From: the human T2T-CHM13v2.0 reference genome, Homo sapiens
Reading direction: 5' to 3' (one strand)
Length of the DNA stretch: 64,000 bases
Assembly (NCBI RefSeq): GCF_009914755.1
Contig: NC_060944.1
Part shown: in pieces, positions 17,200 through 64,000 of the stretch
Layout: every line of letters begins with the position of its first letter
Position numbering within the stretch: the stretch's first letter is position 1
Notes under the pieces: generated by a model
The model's input: the letters and a program-made list of their open reading frames with translations, nothing else
Databases searched by the model: none
What the model was told of the DNA's origin: nothing
Program-made: the position numbers and the translations under genes

Positions 17200-17830
<631 letters not shown>

Positions 17831-17879
17831 TTTGAACTAAATAATTTCTAAGTGCCCTTGTAACTATGTTTCATCCATA

Positions 17880-18135
17880 GAGGAGGTGGCCTGGTATAGT
17901 GAAAACAGTGTGGACTTTGGAATCAGTACTGGGCTTAAATCTTGGCTCTGCCTTTTAGTAGCTGTGTGGCCTTAAGTAATTGATTTAGATTTCCAGAGTT
18001 GGATTTACTAATCTGTAAGATGAGCCTAATAATACCTGTTTGTTATGGTTGTAGGTTGTTGAGAGTATTAGATGAGGTAACAGATATGAAGGATCAACAG
18101 CAGTGTTTGACAAACAGTAGGCCCATAATAAGTAT
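17880..18135 (+). mobile_element. MIR
   Basis: ggtatagtgaaaacagtgtggactttggaatcag...ctgtgtggccttaag...atctgtaagatgag. Confidence 0.7.
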
Positions 18136-18941
18136 TAGTTCCTTTGCTCTATTACGTCTAACGCTCTACTTCCACCCCTTACCTCTACCACCAAACTCAG
18201 AGTGGACTGTTGGCAGGCAGAGAATGCAGCAGGGAGGCAGACTGAGTCCAGGTCCTCACATGGCCCTAATCGTGCTCTCTCAGTTTCACGGAAGGACCAC
18301 ACCCCAGCCTCCTCTTTGGTAGGGGGACCAAAGGTGAAGGGGCCAAGGGGGAGGTGGCAGAGAATCCTTCCCTCCTTTGCCAAGCGAATGTGTCTTCTCT
18401 GTGTCTTCTCTGTGCTAGGCAACTAGATGGTGTTAGTAACAAGAGAAGATAAAAGGATGCTTTCAAACTTTACAGAATGAACGCCCTCTCTCATAAATCC
18501 ACTACCTAAAATAGCAAGCCCCAACATGAGGGCAAAGCCTTGGCCTGTCTGCCTGGGCAGGAAGGTAGCACAAAGGTGGGATCTGACGGATGGTGAGTGA
18601 GAAGGCAGGGTTAGGAACCTGAAAGGGCAAGGCTTAGAAAGGCTTCTAGGAGCCTTGGCACCAGCAGAGCCATGGCGGGGGGATCTGCGCTCAGAGCAAA
18701 GCCACCAGTTGGCAAACACAAATCAGTCTCCAAGTTCGCACCACACAGGACTTGTTTGTGGTGGAGGAAGCAAGACATCTGCCAGGGAGGCAAGAATGGA
18801 TGCTGGGGCTTGGCTTGTTGCAGGGCCTGAACCAGTGGGCTGGATCAAATGCATTGAACCTCTGTGGACGGGTCTCATTTTTGTATTACTCTTTTTTTTC
18901 CCTTCCTTCCACTTTAGGGCAATATTAGAAGAAAGAATGCA

Positions 18942-19250
<309 letters not shown>

Positions 19251-19591
19251 AAGAAAGAATGCAGGCCTTGGAGACAAGAGTGGTTTTAAGTCTTACTCTG
19301 CCTTTGCTAGTTTTGTCTCCTTGGGCAAGTTACTTAACCCCTCTGAAGCTTAGTTTTCTCATGTGTAGGATGAGGAAGATAATTTCTACTCAGAGAGTAG
19401 TTGCAGGGACCGAATGAGTTATTGCTAGTGAATTCCAGAGTGTGGCACGTGTAACCCAGACACGGGGGCAGACATTTTAAATTCTAATAGTCAATGTTTA
19501 GTTTCATAGGCATTAGAAAAATAATTGACAAACCAAATCATTTTATGAATGTTATTGATTAGTGCAAGACTAAAGTAGTTAGGTAAGTTAA

Positions 19592-19897
<306 letters not shown>

Positions 19898-20159
19898 GGT
19901 AAGTTAAAGAAAAAAGGGAAAGGGAGTTAATTTAAAGAAAAACTTTAAGTTAATTATGATGTAGCTGGTGGGCAGATGTGGCAAAACTCAAGAAGGTGCT
20001 GTGTGAATGACTAAAGTACAGGAAACTGAATTAATACCCACTCAATCATGGTGGCTGGTTCGTGGCAGGCACTGAAGGTCATTTCCAAGAAAGTAAAGAG
20101 GTTTAGAAAAGGAAGGGAGGGAATAAGGGAGGAAACAGACCTTCTTAGTTGTCTACCTA

Positions 20160-20578
<419 letters not shown>

Positions 20579-20852
20579 TTAACAATTAGGCCCCTAGGTT
20601 CCTTTCCCAGAGAAAACAACTGTTAACATCTTCTTTTAAATCTTTCTTTCTAAGTATATGCAAGCATAATTGTGTAGGAGCCTGTTTTTTTCAAAGCTCT
20701 TTTGATGAGAATTTATATCTAGAATCCTAAGACTTAAAAGTGCAAGGAGGGGGATGCGTGAAACACACTAAGATCATCTTGTTCAGAGATCTCAGTGAGA
20801 ATCAGAAAATGCGTGGAGGTGGCCACACTCATTGACAATCTATGTCTAATGA

Positions 20853-21026
<174 letters not shown>

Positions 21027-22105
21027 TGAGAGGTGTTTCTGGTGAGCACATATAGAACATGAGATAATGTGAAGGTTGAAGCAAAGGCTGAGACCTACTG
21101 ACTTAGGCCAAACCATTTCCCAAGGTCTCCAAATGAGTTAGTGACAGACCCAAGAATCTAGTCTAGCTAGACTCTAAGTTCTCAGGTATCTAACTTGCTG
21201 CCACAGTTTTACCAAGATGTAAACATTCAGGACAGAGACTCTGAGCCAGAGGAAGTCCTCCCAGCCACTTTGCTACAGTGTAGAAGGTCAGGAGAGACCA
21301 AGTGTTTGGGGCCTGTTGAAAGTAGAGAGTGGCTAGGAACTTATCTGGTCTCATATTGTAAGGAACATAAAGGAATAATTCCATTTCCTTTCATGTTTCC
21401 TGTGTACAAGTCCTATAAATATTGCCATATCTCTAAGAGCAAACCTTGTTTGGACTTTCCAGACTTTTGCTTTCCAAAGAGGTGACCAGAGACGTTTCCC
21501 AGACATCCTCCACTTCCTGTTGTTGTCCACACTGTCTTCCAGTAGAGAGGGTGGTAGCATCATTTGAAGTCACCCTTCCAGTTTCAAGTTATTTATTTAC
21601 TTGTTGTGAAGGCCCATGTTATGCTGGGACAAGCCTTGGGCCTCTGAAATTTATAGCTGTCTTTATGGATGCATGAAACGAAGATCTAAATTTACTGCAT
21701 GGGAAATTCCAACTTTGTCCTTGAGACTTAAAGAGCCTTTAGTGTTGGATCCATCTGGTGAAGACCAAAATTTCTAATTAAATCCAGCCAACAGCCAATA
21801 CATTCTCAAACTATTAAATAATTCACTAAAGTCCTCTAGTGCTGAATCCATTTTTATTTACCTAATTCAGTATGTAATAAGATAAAATCAGAATGGAAAA
21901 TGCATACTTTGCACTTTTTCATAGCTGCCTTATTTGAAAAGATATGGAAGAGCTTGGTAGTAAGCATGACAGTAGGTAGGTGCGGCAGGAAGTGAATCAG
22001 GGAGGTGGCGATATGTCACCAAGCCCTTTGTGTATGCTGCTCCCTGGACATACTCACATTGCTGCAGGAATGCCTTTTCTCTGATACAAATCCCTTTCCC
22101 TCCAA

Positions 22106-22695
22106 TTTCTTTTTTAGAGATGAGGTCTCGCTCTATCGCCTAGGCTGGAGTGCAGTATCACTATCATAGCTTAGTGCAGCTTTGAACTCCTGGACTCAAG
22201 CAATCTTCCTCCCTCAGCCTCCCGAGAAGCTGAGACCACAGGCTTATGCGACCAGGCATGGCTAATTTTTTTTTTTTTTTTTAAAGGAGTCTCACTCTGT
22301 CACAGCCCAGGCTGAAGTGTAGTGGCATGGCCTCAGCTCACTGCAACCTCCACCTCCCGGGTTCAAGCATTTCTCTTGCCTCAGCCTCTTGAGTAGCTGA
22401 AATTACAGGTGTGTGCCACCACACCCGGCTGATTTTTGTATTTTCAGTAGAGATGGGGTTTCACCATGTTGGCCAGGTTGGTCTTGAACTCCTGACGTCA
22501 AGTGATCCATGCACCTTGGCCTCCCAAAGTGCCAGGATTACAGGTATGAGCCACCACTCACACTCACCTGTCTTTTTGCAGAGACAGGGTCTTGCTATGT
22601 TGCTCAGGCTGTCTCGAACTCCTGGCCTCAAGCAATCCTCCCACCTTCGCCTCCCAAAGTGTTGGGATTATAGGCATGAGCCACTGCACCTGGAC
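22106..22695 (-). mobile_element. AluS (~22266-22560) nested in the linker of an AluJ (~22106-22265 and ~22570-22695)
   Basis: Arm order is J right arm, complete S dimer, J left arm. Confidence 0.8.
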
Positions 22696-23852
22696 TCCTC
22701 CAATTTTTGTTTATTCATATCTATCTTTTAAGGCCTGTCCCAAATGTCGTCTCTTTCATGAATCTTTTATCAATTCAATAGGTAAACCTACTGAGCCTTC
22801 TTGCATATTTTAGTCACATACATTTTGCTTTCATCTCTTCTTTTCGGTTGTCAACTCTTTAAAGGCAAGACCATATTTATCTTATTTTATATCTTTATTT
22901 TTGGCACAAATCTGGTTTTATTAATAGTTGTTTAGAAAAAGAAAGAGAAAACTTACTTTTCTTTCTTGTTACATAACTTATGCATATTTATTATAAACCA
23001 CTAGAAAATACAGCAAAACAAAATCAAGGAATACAAACCATTTGTATTTTGTTGCACAACATTCTATGCTTTTAAAATTCCTACATTTGCCATAAAGATA
23101 TATCAAAACTGGATCATACTACAAATAAACTTTTTAAATCTACTTTTTATATTACAACATATTATTAATGTTTTTCTGTGTTAGTATCATGTTTTTAAAA
23201 GGGAAATATGTTTTTTCTCTGATTATAAAAACATGTCCCCATCATAAAAAAAGAGAAGAAATGTAGAATTGCATACAGAATCAAATAAAAATTATGTCTT
23301 AATCACACCACATAGACCACTGTTCATATTCTAATAAATATGAACTAGATACTTTTTCCTGTGGAGCAGGTGTGTGTGTGTATCACATCAATACATATTT
23401 ATTTAAATATCTTCATTTATACATGCAATTTCTTGTACAAAGATATTGTGAACATCTTTCAGTGTCAAATAATTAAGATATCTATATATTTTTAAAGTAT
23501 CTGCATAGATTATGTGTGGATCTGTCACACTTTAATAAATTTTTTATTATTGATTGCTTACATTTTTCTAAAATACTTCTTTAACCAATGTTATGGATCA
23601 TCCTAGTATATGCATTGGTAAATTTACACTTTTCAGGATTTAATACAAATTGCTTTCCATAAAATGTGTTGTTTTAAATTTCCCCAAATGTCTAAAGAGA
23701 GCTTTAGCCTATAACGACATAATAAACATAGAGTAGTAGGATGAATGGACTCCAGAATAAATAGTTTTCCTCTCCTTCTACTCTTTTTTTTCTTTGAGAC
23801 ATCAGTGGAAAATCTGTTTACTCATCAGTTACCTTGGGAGAGGAGCCACTAG

Positions 23853-24210
<358 letters not shown>

Positions 24211-25315
24211 AGCTACCATGCTCAGCCTTCAGTTCTCTTGTCACTTTAGTAAACTGAGAAAATGGCTCGCACAGGAAGCACCTTGTTCTGAATCTACCAG
24301 TGGGTGAGCCGCAGGGCGTGGGTTAGAGAGGGATCCTGAGGCCATCAGACTCCCAGCTCTGCCTTCCCCATTCATTCACCACACTCCCCTGGGTAGCCCT
24401 TCACCCTTTCCCAAACCTTTCGATTTCTTCATAAATTGCGTTTATACTCAAGCGGCTTATACTATTTCTGATGGCAAAAACAAAGCCAAGTACGATATGT
24501 ACAAGTTGCTGTAAAGCATGCAGCAGACATGTGGTTTAATCATTTCCCCCCACTAAAATTTATAATTGTTAGTGTCTAACATGAGGTGAAGGAGAAGGAA
24601 CATGAAATTTGGAATCCAAAAGTTTAAATTTGAGTCTAAGAACTTGAAACCCCTAGCATGCCGTACAACAAAATACAAATGGTTTGTATGCTATGATTTT
24701 GTTTTGCTCTATTTTCTAGTATCTATAATGAATATGCATAAATGACATAACAAGAAGGAAAAGTAAGCTTTCTTTTTCTTTTTCCAAACAAGTATTAATA
24801 AAATAATACATTGTCTTTAAAGAGCTGACAACCTATCTGGGCATATACTTTCTCCCTGTAAAATGGCAGGTATATTCATATCTGCTTCCTGGGAGCCTTG
24901 TAAAGATCAGATAAAACGGTGAGTATAAAGCAAGCTTTGTACTTATTGTACAAATGCTTAACTATGTTAACAACAACATTTGCTGTTATTGATCATGTTG
25001 AAAAATATTTCCCTAACCTTGCATACCTGGCCCCATAGGACTTTCTAAGATGTGTTTCTCAAATGAAAGAAAGGAAGTGACTAAAATGACATAGCAGAAA
25101 GAACCATACACAGAGAGCTGGAAAGCCTGCATTCTCATTCCAGATGATTTGGACATTAGTGTTTTCATGGGTAAAAGGAGGAAGTTGGACAAAATGACTC
25201 CTACACTCTCTTCCGGCTCTGGGATCCGGGTCAGTTATTCTGTGAACTTGGGCAAATTTTTTATTTGTAGACCTGGGTTTCCTCATTAGTCAAATGAAGA
25301 GGTTGGGTTGGATGA

Positions 25316-25685
<370 letters not shown>

Positions 25686-25689
25686 CCTC

Positions 25690-26140
25690 TGATGTGCTTT
25701 TATGCAAGCCACAACTTGGCCCTCCAGGTTGTGGCCTCAGAGACCACAGACAATAGGCTGTGGCTTTTCTTCTCTCTGTTTGGTTTTTCGGCTGCGTGGT
25801 CACAAATGGCCTCGTGACAACTTGGCAGTTAACCCAATCCTTCCAACCAGAGGCCTTAGGTGTTGAGCCAGGGCTGCACACAGCTATACCTTCCTGGTTC
25901 CTGAGGATTGAGTGTCCCCTGCGTGCTTAAAGCTGGAGCCAGACGTATGCAGCTTTTTCCCGCTGTCCCCAGGCACCGAGTACTCCAGATAAACTCATTG
26001 GCAGCCTTTCCCCAGGAAGGGCTCCATCCGCTCCTCCCTCACTCTCCCTCCTGCCTGGGATGCCTCTCTCTATGATCTTTTCCTTGAGTATTTCCCTAAA
26101 ATGCCTCCCCCTCAATAAACAGCCCTTTCTTATCTCCATA
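25690..26140 (+). mobile_element. Possible degenerate ERVL-type solo LTR
   Basis: TATA-like cttaaagc (~25926), pyrimidine-rich R-like stretch, AATAAA at ~26114. Termini not defined. Confidence 0.3.
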
Positions 26141-27316
26141 ATCACCATCAATCTCTCCTCTGAATTCTTATCAGTTTGTCTTTTAAGCTCTCTTTCTTCT
26201 TGTCTGTCAAGGACTCGGGGTCTGTTAACGTACACAGTGCCTCATACTAGCAGGCATTCTACGAAACGAGCACTGCCGTGATTTATAAGGGACTTGTAGA
26301 CGTCTATTCTTCCTTCAGGGTTTTATTTTGTTTTATTTGTTTGGGCCTAAATGGAAAATTTGGGCATAAACACATTAAAGTTGAGGCTTTGATATGAGTC
26401 CCCAAGGGGCCCTGCCTCCCTGTTCAGCCCTGAATTATGAATATCATCATCACCAGGATCCGTAACAACAGTCTCCTAAACAAAAAACCCAATTGTGAGC
26501 CTCCCAGAGGCACAGGTTTCACTGAATTGAAGGATTCATTAGAGATAGTGAGGCATAGTAGTTAAGACCAGGGCCTCTGCTGTCAGAAAGAACTGGGTTC
26601 AGATCCTGTTGTGGCCACTTGTAGGCTGTGTTACAAGTTTATTAGCCTCTCTAAGCCTCTGGTTTCTTATGTAGAAAATGGAATGCTAATACCTATACCC
26701 TAGGGCGGCTTCACATTGACCAATGTGGAGCTCTCAGCACAGAGCATGGCTTCAGGAATGGTGGCCCACCACATGGACACGTGTATTCACCTCCCGGAGC
26801 GCCTTGTACTCTGAGGGTGTTCCTAGGAATGGCACTAATAGAGTTAGGCATCTGACAGGTGGCACAGGCATGTTTGAAAGGCTCGGAGGTAAGAAGTCAA
26901 TGCATTTTGTCTTTTACAAGGGGCTTTTACCTGTGTCATCTCATGATTCCACACGACACTCTACAGGGTGGGCAGGACAGGTATCATCATGCCCATTTTT
27001 CAGAGGAGAAAACTTAGGCTCAGAAAGGTTGAGTGACTGGCCCAGTGAGGTGGTTCATACAGCTAGACTGTGTCCCTGAGACTTAAACCTGGGTTTGCTT
27101 GTTTTGCTACAACTCCTCTTTCCACAACAACACACTGGGATGCTCAAGAGGAATGGAGCTTTGCTTTGGGACTTGGTGACAATGAGACCTGCATACATAA
27201 GGAATAGGGTGGCTGTCCCAGGCAGGAACACTTTACAAACAGGTGTAGAGTGAGGGAGCATCATGTTGGGCTCCAGGAGAAAGAATTAGACATGTATCAC
27301 TGAGCAGGGGAGTTCA

Positions 27317-27814
<498 letters not shown>

Positions 27815-28069
27815 TCACCAGGAATGGCTGAAGAAACTGAACGTTTGACCTAGAAAAGTGAAAACTTTTGGGAGGGAAAGAGTATTTGCCAGACTTGGGG
27901 GAGAACACAATCATTGTTGGACCAAGGAAAAGACAGCTTTGTTTTATGTGGTCTCTGTGAGTGTCTAGGGGAGCAGTGAAGGTCAGTGGGTGAAAGCTCT
28001 AGGGAAATAAATGTTCAGTTCAAATAAGGAAGACTTTTCTGGTCCTTTTAGTGCACTTTAACCCAAGTT

Positions 28070-28216
28070 TTTTTATTCATTTATGTGTTTGTTTTTTGTA
28101 AAGATGAGGTCTTACTATGGTGCCCAGGCTAGTCTCGAATTCCTGGCCTCAAATGATGCTCTCACCTCAGCCTCCCGAAGTGTTGGGATGACAGGGGTGA
28201 GCCCCTGCACCTGGCC
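28070..28216 (-). mobile_element. FLAM monomer
   Basis: Reverse left-arm monomer. Confidence 0.75.
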
Positions 28217-28375
28217 AAACCTGAGTTTTGTGAGAGCCCACCTGCAAAACACTGGGAGGGAACAGTGACTGGTACAGACAAAATCCCTGCCCTCCTGGAG
28301 CTCATATGAAATGGGGGGAAGATAGGCCTTAAACAGAACCATCCTAGAAATTAATGTTATAGCCAGAGCTTCTCA

Positions 28376-28720
<345 letters not shown>

Positions 28721-29172
28721 TTAGGAGTTGTCAAGAGACATGTGTCGTGCTGGAAAGGGCTGGATGATTTCTCAGAAGATTCTCTGTCTCTACACATGTT
28801 GTGAAATCTTCAGCAACCCTAAATCCCTTAATTAGAGGGAGAGAAAAGGCAAGTGATCAATTGGCTTCTTTTAAAAGCCCATATCTGCATGCTTCGTCTT
28901 CACTGCGGTCTGAGGCGCAGAGTGTGGCCAAGCAGGAATTTCATCCTGTGTGTAGCTGGGTGGCTCCACCTATGAATTGAAAATCATTTAGCTGAAATTG
29001 TGACACAGCTGCAAATTACAGTCTGCCTGCAGGCTGGGGCTGTGGCTGCGGCCATGGTGCAATCCTCCAGTACCCAACATTAAGTAACTCAGGGCAGACT
29101 CTTACTGGGGCCCTACTGCTGGTCAGTTGCAAAGACTACAGGCAGCTTGGCTGGAGGAGCTGTGGAGGGTAG

Positions 29173-29844
<672 letters not shown>

Positions 29845-32039
29845 TAATATTATTAATACTAACTTTTTACACTGAGCTGTGCCCAGCGCCGTGCTGAACC
29901 TTTTACACTTGCTGTCTCCTTTGATTCTCAGAGCAATTCCACTCAGTTTTACAGTTGAGGAAACAAAGCCTACGAGAGGTGAGGAGACTTGGCAGAGCCA
30001 AGACTGTGTGTCTTCAGGTTCCCTTTTAAGGGGAGCACCACCTCCCTGTCACCTCTGCAGCTTTCCTTGTCAGGTCATTGAAAGGAGTGCCCGGGGTCTG
30101 ATTTTCCTTGGCTCCCAGGCCAACAGCAACAACCACAATAATAAGCAAAACCCCTCCTTTCCTTTAGACCACACACAGAAGCATACAGAGCACTTTCACA
30201 CCCATTCATCCCATGCCATTCATGGAGCTGTCCTCCAGCTTTCTGGCAGGATGAACTTGGCGTCATGAGGCCTCGCCCAGAGTCACAGCTAGTGCCCGTG
30301 GTAAGAGCCAAGACCACACATGAGTCTCCTCTTGGGTCCAGGCTCTTTCCATGTCCCTCTCTACCCTCTGCTCTTTTCTTAGTCATCTGCCAGAGCCAAC
30401 AGTGCATCCCATTCTGCCTGGCATGGGTGCACAGCCAGCTGTCTTAGAGCCCCAGAGGCCTGGGAAAGGCTGCCTCATTTAGGCGCTGACCTCCAAGGTT
30501 AAGCAAACACAGGCTCTGGAGCCATTTACATATGGGTATGAATCTCGTGGTTGGAGACTCAGGTTAATCTCTCTGTCCCCCATAAGATGGAAATAATAAT
30601 AGCCCCTTTGCATAGGGTTGCTATGAAGATGAGAAAAGCTAATATATGTAAAGTGTTTAGCCAGTGCCTGCCCACAGTAAACACTAAATCAATTAGTTAT
30701 TATTAGTAAGCACTAAATCGGTAGTTATGATTCCCATCTTTACAGTGATATTGATTCACTTATTCAAGAATGTGCATGTTCCAGCCACGTGTCAAGCCCT
30801 GTGCTAGATTCTGAGAAGAAGATTTGAATGATATGCAACCTGTACCTTCAAGGAGCTCAGTCTGGAGATGGGGACATATATAAACAGATAGTTCCAGTGC
30901 AGTGGATACATACGGTAATAGAGGTTCTAAGATGTACAAAAGGCTGTAGGGGCCTAAAGGACGGAGAAAGGACACTGATTTCTCTTTTTCAATTTTCCAA
31001 GCCACCTGCCTATTCCGTCTTTTCTTTCTCGAGATCAAACATTCTCACTTCTCTCTAAAGACCCAACCTTGTCATCATGGTGCTCAATCTTCCTTCCACA
31101 CTGTGATGCTGGGGAAAGCCTTGGGGCATTTCTGTTCTCTCGTGAATCCTTGAAGCCTCACTTTAAAAAATATATACTCACTCCTTTGTCCATCGTAAAC
31201 CTTGATATTTGTAAATATCGATAATAGGAACTTTGAAAAAACATACGCCCTTAGAAACAAGCAAGCAAACAAAAACACGTAGAATGTCAGAGCTTCTCCC
31301 CACTCCACACCCTTTCTTTAAACTGATGTCAAGGTGGGCCCAGTGAGGGTCAGTGACGGACCCTGCAGTCTGAGAAAGACATGGCAGAAGCATAAGGTTA
31401 GAGGCTGTTCCTGCTGCCTCATTAAAAACAACAATTTTCCCCCAAATCTGGACTGAAACTGACATTCAATGCCAAGTGTGATCTCAGTTTAACCTGCCCT
31501 GGTAGATATGCATACACTTCCCATGCGCACCATCTCATGTGATCGTGTCCACAGCTTTGTGAGTTGAGAGGGGTGGGAGTGATTATCCCCAACCACAAGC
31601 AAGGCTTCCGGGCTTCAAGGGTTGGAGACCACCCAGGGCTCGGCCAGCATCAGAACCAACGGCTTCTAATTCCAAATCAAATGATGGTTTATGCCACACT
31701 ACAACCCTAAACAAATGAACTGTGATGTGTCTCACTTCCCTGTGCAAGTGGAAGATGCTAATACATGTGTATCATGAGAAAGGACCTCACAATTTTCTTC
31801 TTCTGGGTTCTGCTGAGACGTTTCTTTGATTCAGAGAGAACTTCCCAGGATCAGCAAGAAAAGCATGTCATCATTTCCTAAACCCTACAATCCAGGAAAT
31901 AGTCCATCATTTTATAAAATTATAAAAGCGAACTATTTGAGTTTCTTTATTATCTGCCCCCTTCTCCCCAAGCTGGTCTTGTACAAACATGATGCACGTC
32001 CATTGGGTGACAAGTCTGTCGTAAGTGAAACGTTTACAG

Positions 32040-32145
32040 GCACTACAGGAATGACCTGGTGCCTCGCCCACTTCATTAGAATTCTAATTGGGGTGTGTAG
32101 GAGAGGATTCTATAAATGGTAAGGCAATCCTTGGCAGCCTGTCTG
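32040..32145 (+). promoter_or_regulatory. TGM3 proximal promoter: Ets motif ACAGGAAT (32045-32052), Sp1/KLF-like CCTCGCCCAC (32062-32071), TATA box TATAAAT (32111-32117)
   Basis: Motifs read directly. The layout fits the known Ets+Sp1 dependence of the TGM3 proximal promoter in stratified epithelia. Confidence 0.8.
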
Positions 32146-32203
32146 TCAGCACTGTCCGTGCCATTCCCAGAGGAGCCTGAGAAGAGGCAGAGGAAGGCGA
32201 AAC

Positions 32204-62104
<29,901 letters not shown>

Positions 62105-62684
62105 GTAACTTCTCTGGGTGTGGTTCTGAGTCGTGAGCCTCACAGTTATTTACAGCCATGGACAGCAGCATAGGGAAGTAACTCCAAAGCCCTCTCCCTC
62201 TGGAATGCATGATGGGATTAAAACAAAAATAGTTTAAAAATAGATCTCCCCTGCTAATTTTGCTTGGCTCGGGCTGCTGTTTAAATGAGTGCCTGCCCTG
62301 CACCCACAATGGCCACTGTTGCTGCACAGAGCCTTGGCACAGGCCAGGTGGGCAGAGAGAGCAGCCTTCCTCTGCCAGTAATGATTTTCCTTCACCAACT
62401 GCAGCAGCCTCTCCTTCCCAGCACAGAAAATTCATGGTTCCCTGTTGCCCTTGGGGTTTAGTCCACATTCTCCACTGGTCACCACCCACAGCAGCTCTCT
62501 CTGCCACACCAAGCTCCCCCTTAGGCAGGCTGCCTCTGCCATCCCTATCCCGGGCCTCTGCTTCCTCCTCTGGCCTCCCTCTGTCTCCTGCCCCATCAGG
62601 GGTTGGGTCCCAGGCTCTCCTGGAGCCTTTCCTCTTCCCTTCTCTGACCTCTAGAGCATGACTTGTCTGTTACCCTCATTTTCA

Positions 62685-63010
<326 letters not shown>

Positions 63011-63340
63011 ATGTGATATATGAAGTAATATGTGCATGTAGTTGAAAAAAATTCAAACTATTCTAAAAGGACTAACAATAAAACTTAAGTCTTACCACAC
63101 CCCCAACCCCTAGCTCCTCTACCAGAATCAGTGCACGTTACTAGATTTGGGGGCTTGGAGGTAACTGAGACATTTGCTAGGCCACAATTTTCCAAAAGTT
63201 TCATTGCAACCCATTAGTGGTTATAAAATCTAGTTAGTGGGCTGTGTCCATCATTTTAGGAAAAGAAAATGAAATGGAATGGAACGGAAAGCAGGGAAAA
63301 GAACATAAACTATCAAGGCTCATTAGATATAGTTAGACTA

Positions 63341-63653
63341 GGCTGGGCGCAGTGGCTCACGCCTGTAATCCCAGCACTTTGGGAGGCCGAGGTGGGTGGA
63401 TCACGAGGTCAGGAGATCGAGACCATCCTGGCTAACATGGTGAAACCCCGTCTCTACTAAAATTACAAAAAAAAAAAATTAGCCGGGCGTGGTGGCGGGC
63501 GCCTGTAGTCCCAGCTACTGAGAGAGGCTGAGGCAGGAGAATGGCGTGAACCCGGGAGGCGGAGCTTGCAATGAGTCGAGATTGCACCACTGCACTCCAG
63601 ACTGGGCGACAGAGCACGACTGCATCTCAAAAAAACAAACAAACAAACAAAAA
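63341..63653 (+). mobile_element. AluY with perfect 16-bp TSD AGATATAGTTAGACTA, inside a Charlie-like MER
   Basis: Y diagnostics (gatcacgaggtcaggagatcgagaccatcctggctaac, atggcgtgaaccc). TSD at 63325-63340 and 63654-63669. Confidence 0.93.
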
Positions 63654-63775
63654 AGATATAGTTAGACTAAAGACCATTGTCCTGTGAAACTTTTGTTTCT
63701 GTATCATATGTGTGCCAAGATGTCAAATGTATTTCTTTCTAGGGGTTGTGGTGAAAAAAGCTGAAAGTCACTGAC

Positions 63776-63796
63776 ATCTATCTATCTATCTATCTA
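63776..63796. repeat. (ATCT)5 tetranucleotide repeat
   Basis: atctatctatctatctatcta. Confidence 0.85.
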
Positions 63797-64000
63797 AGCT
63801 TCCTATGCTGAGTGCTAAGAAGAGGGAAGAAATGGTCAGGCTTGGGAGCTCAGAGGAACAAGAGGTCCCTGCAGGCTGCCTGTTCAGGGAAGTCTTCCTG
63901 GACTAGGAAGGTGATGAGCTTCTAGGCCAGAATGACTTGCAGAGGTAGAAAAGAGGCAGCCACCCTGAGCACGAGAAAGCAAGACTTTCCTCTTTAGGAA

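Noticed and set aside
21160-21173. 14-bp palindrome AGTCTAGCTAGACT
   Set aside because: About four such palindromes are expected by chance in 64 kb, and this one lies in a MIR-like remnant.

Overview
Human (or very close primate) genomic DNA containing the 5' two-thirds of TGM3 (epidermal transglutaminase 3, 20p13) on the + strand. The TATA/Ets/Sp1 promoter lies at ~32.0-32.15 kb and exons 1-8 span 32204-62104. They splice at GT-AG junctions into one open frame, codons 1-362, which contains the full Cys273-His331-Asp354 catalytic triad. The gene continues past the window end. This haplotype encodes K13 and N249; the canonical protein as I recall it has T13 and S249. The 32 kb upstream is intergenic and repeat-rich. 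It holds a full-length but inactivated L1PA6-like LINE-1 (606-~6830) with an open antisense ORF0 and a triplicated 17-mer in its ZNF93-target segment, a piggyBac MER85 MITE, and many Alu, MIR and L1M remnants. Nearly all short ORFs in the supplied track are Alu/L1 artefacts. The most interesting unexplained signal is the RNA architecture around catalytic exons 6-7. The 104-nt intron 6 has two mutually exclusive stems, one of which masks the exon-6 donor. The flanking splice sites are weak and an inverted Alu pair brackets both exons. Together these suggest a splicing switch. I found no new protein-coding system. Repeat boundaries are approximate and subfamily calls are by eye.
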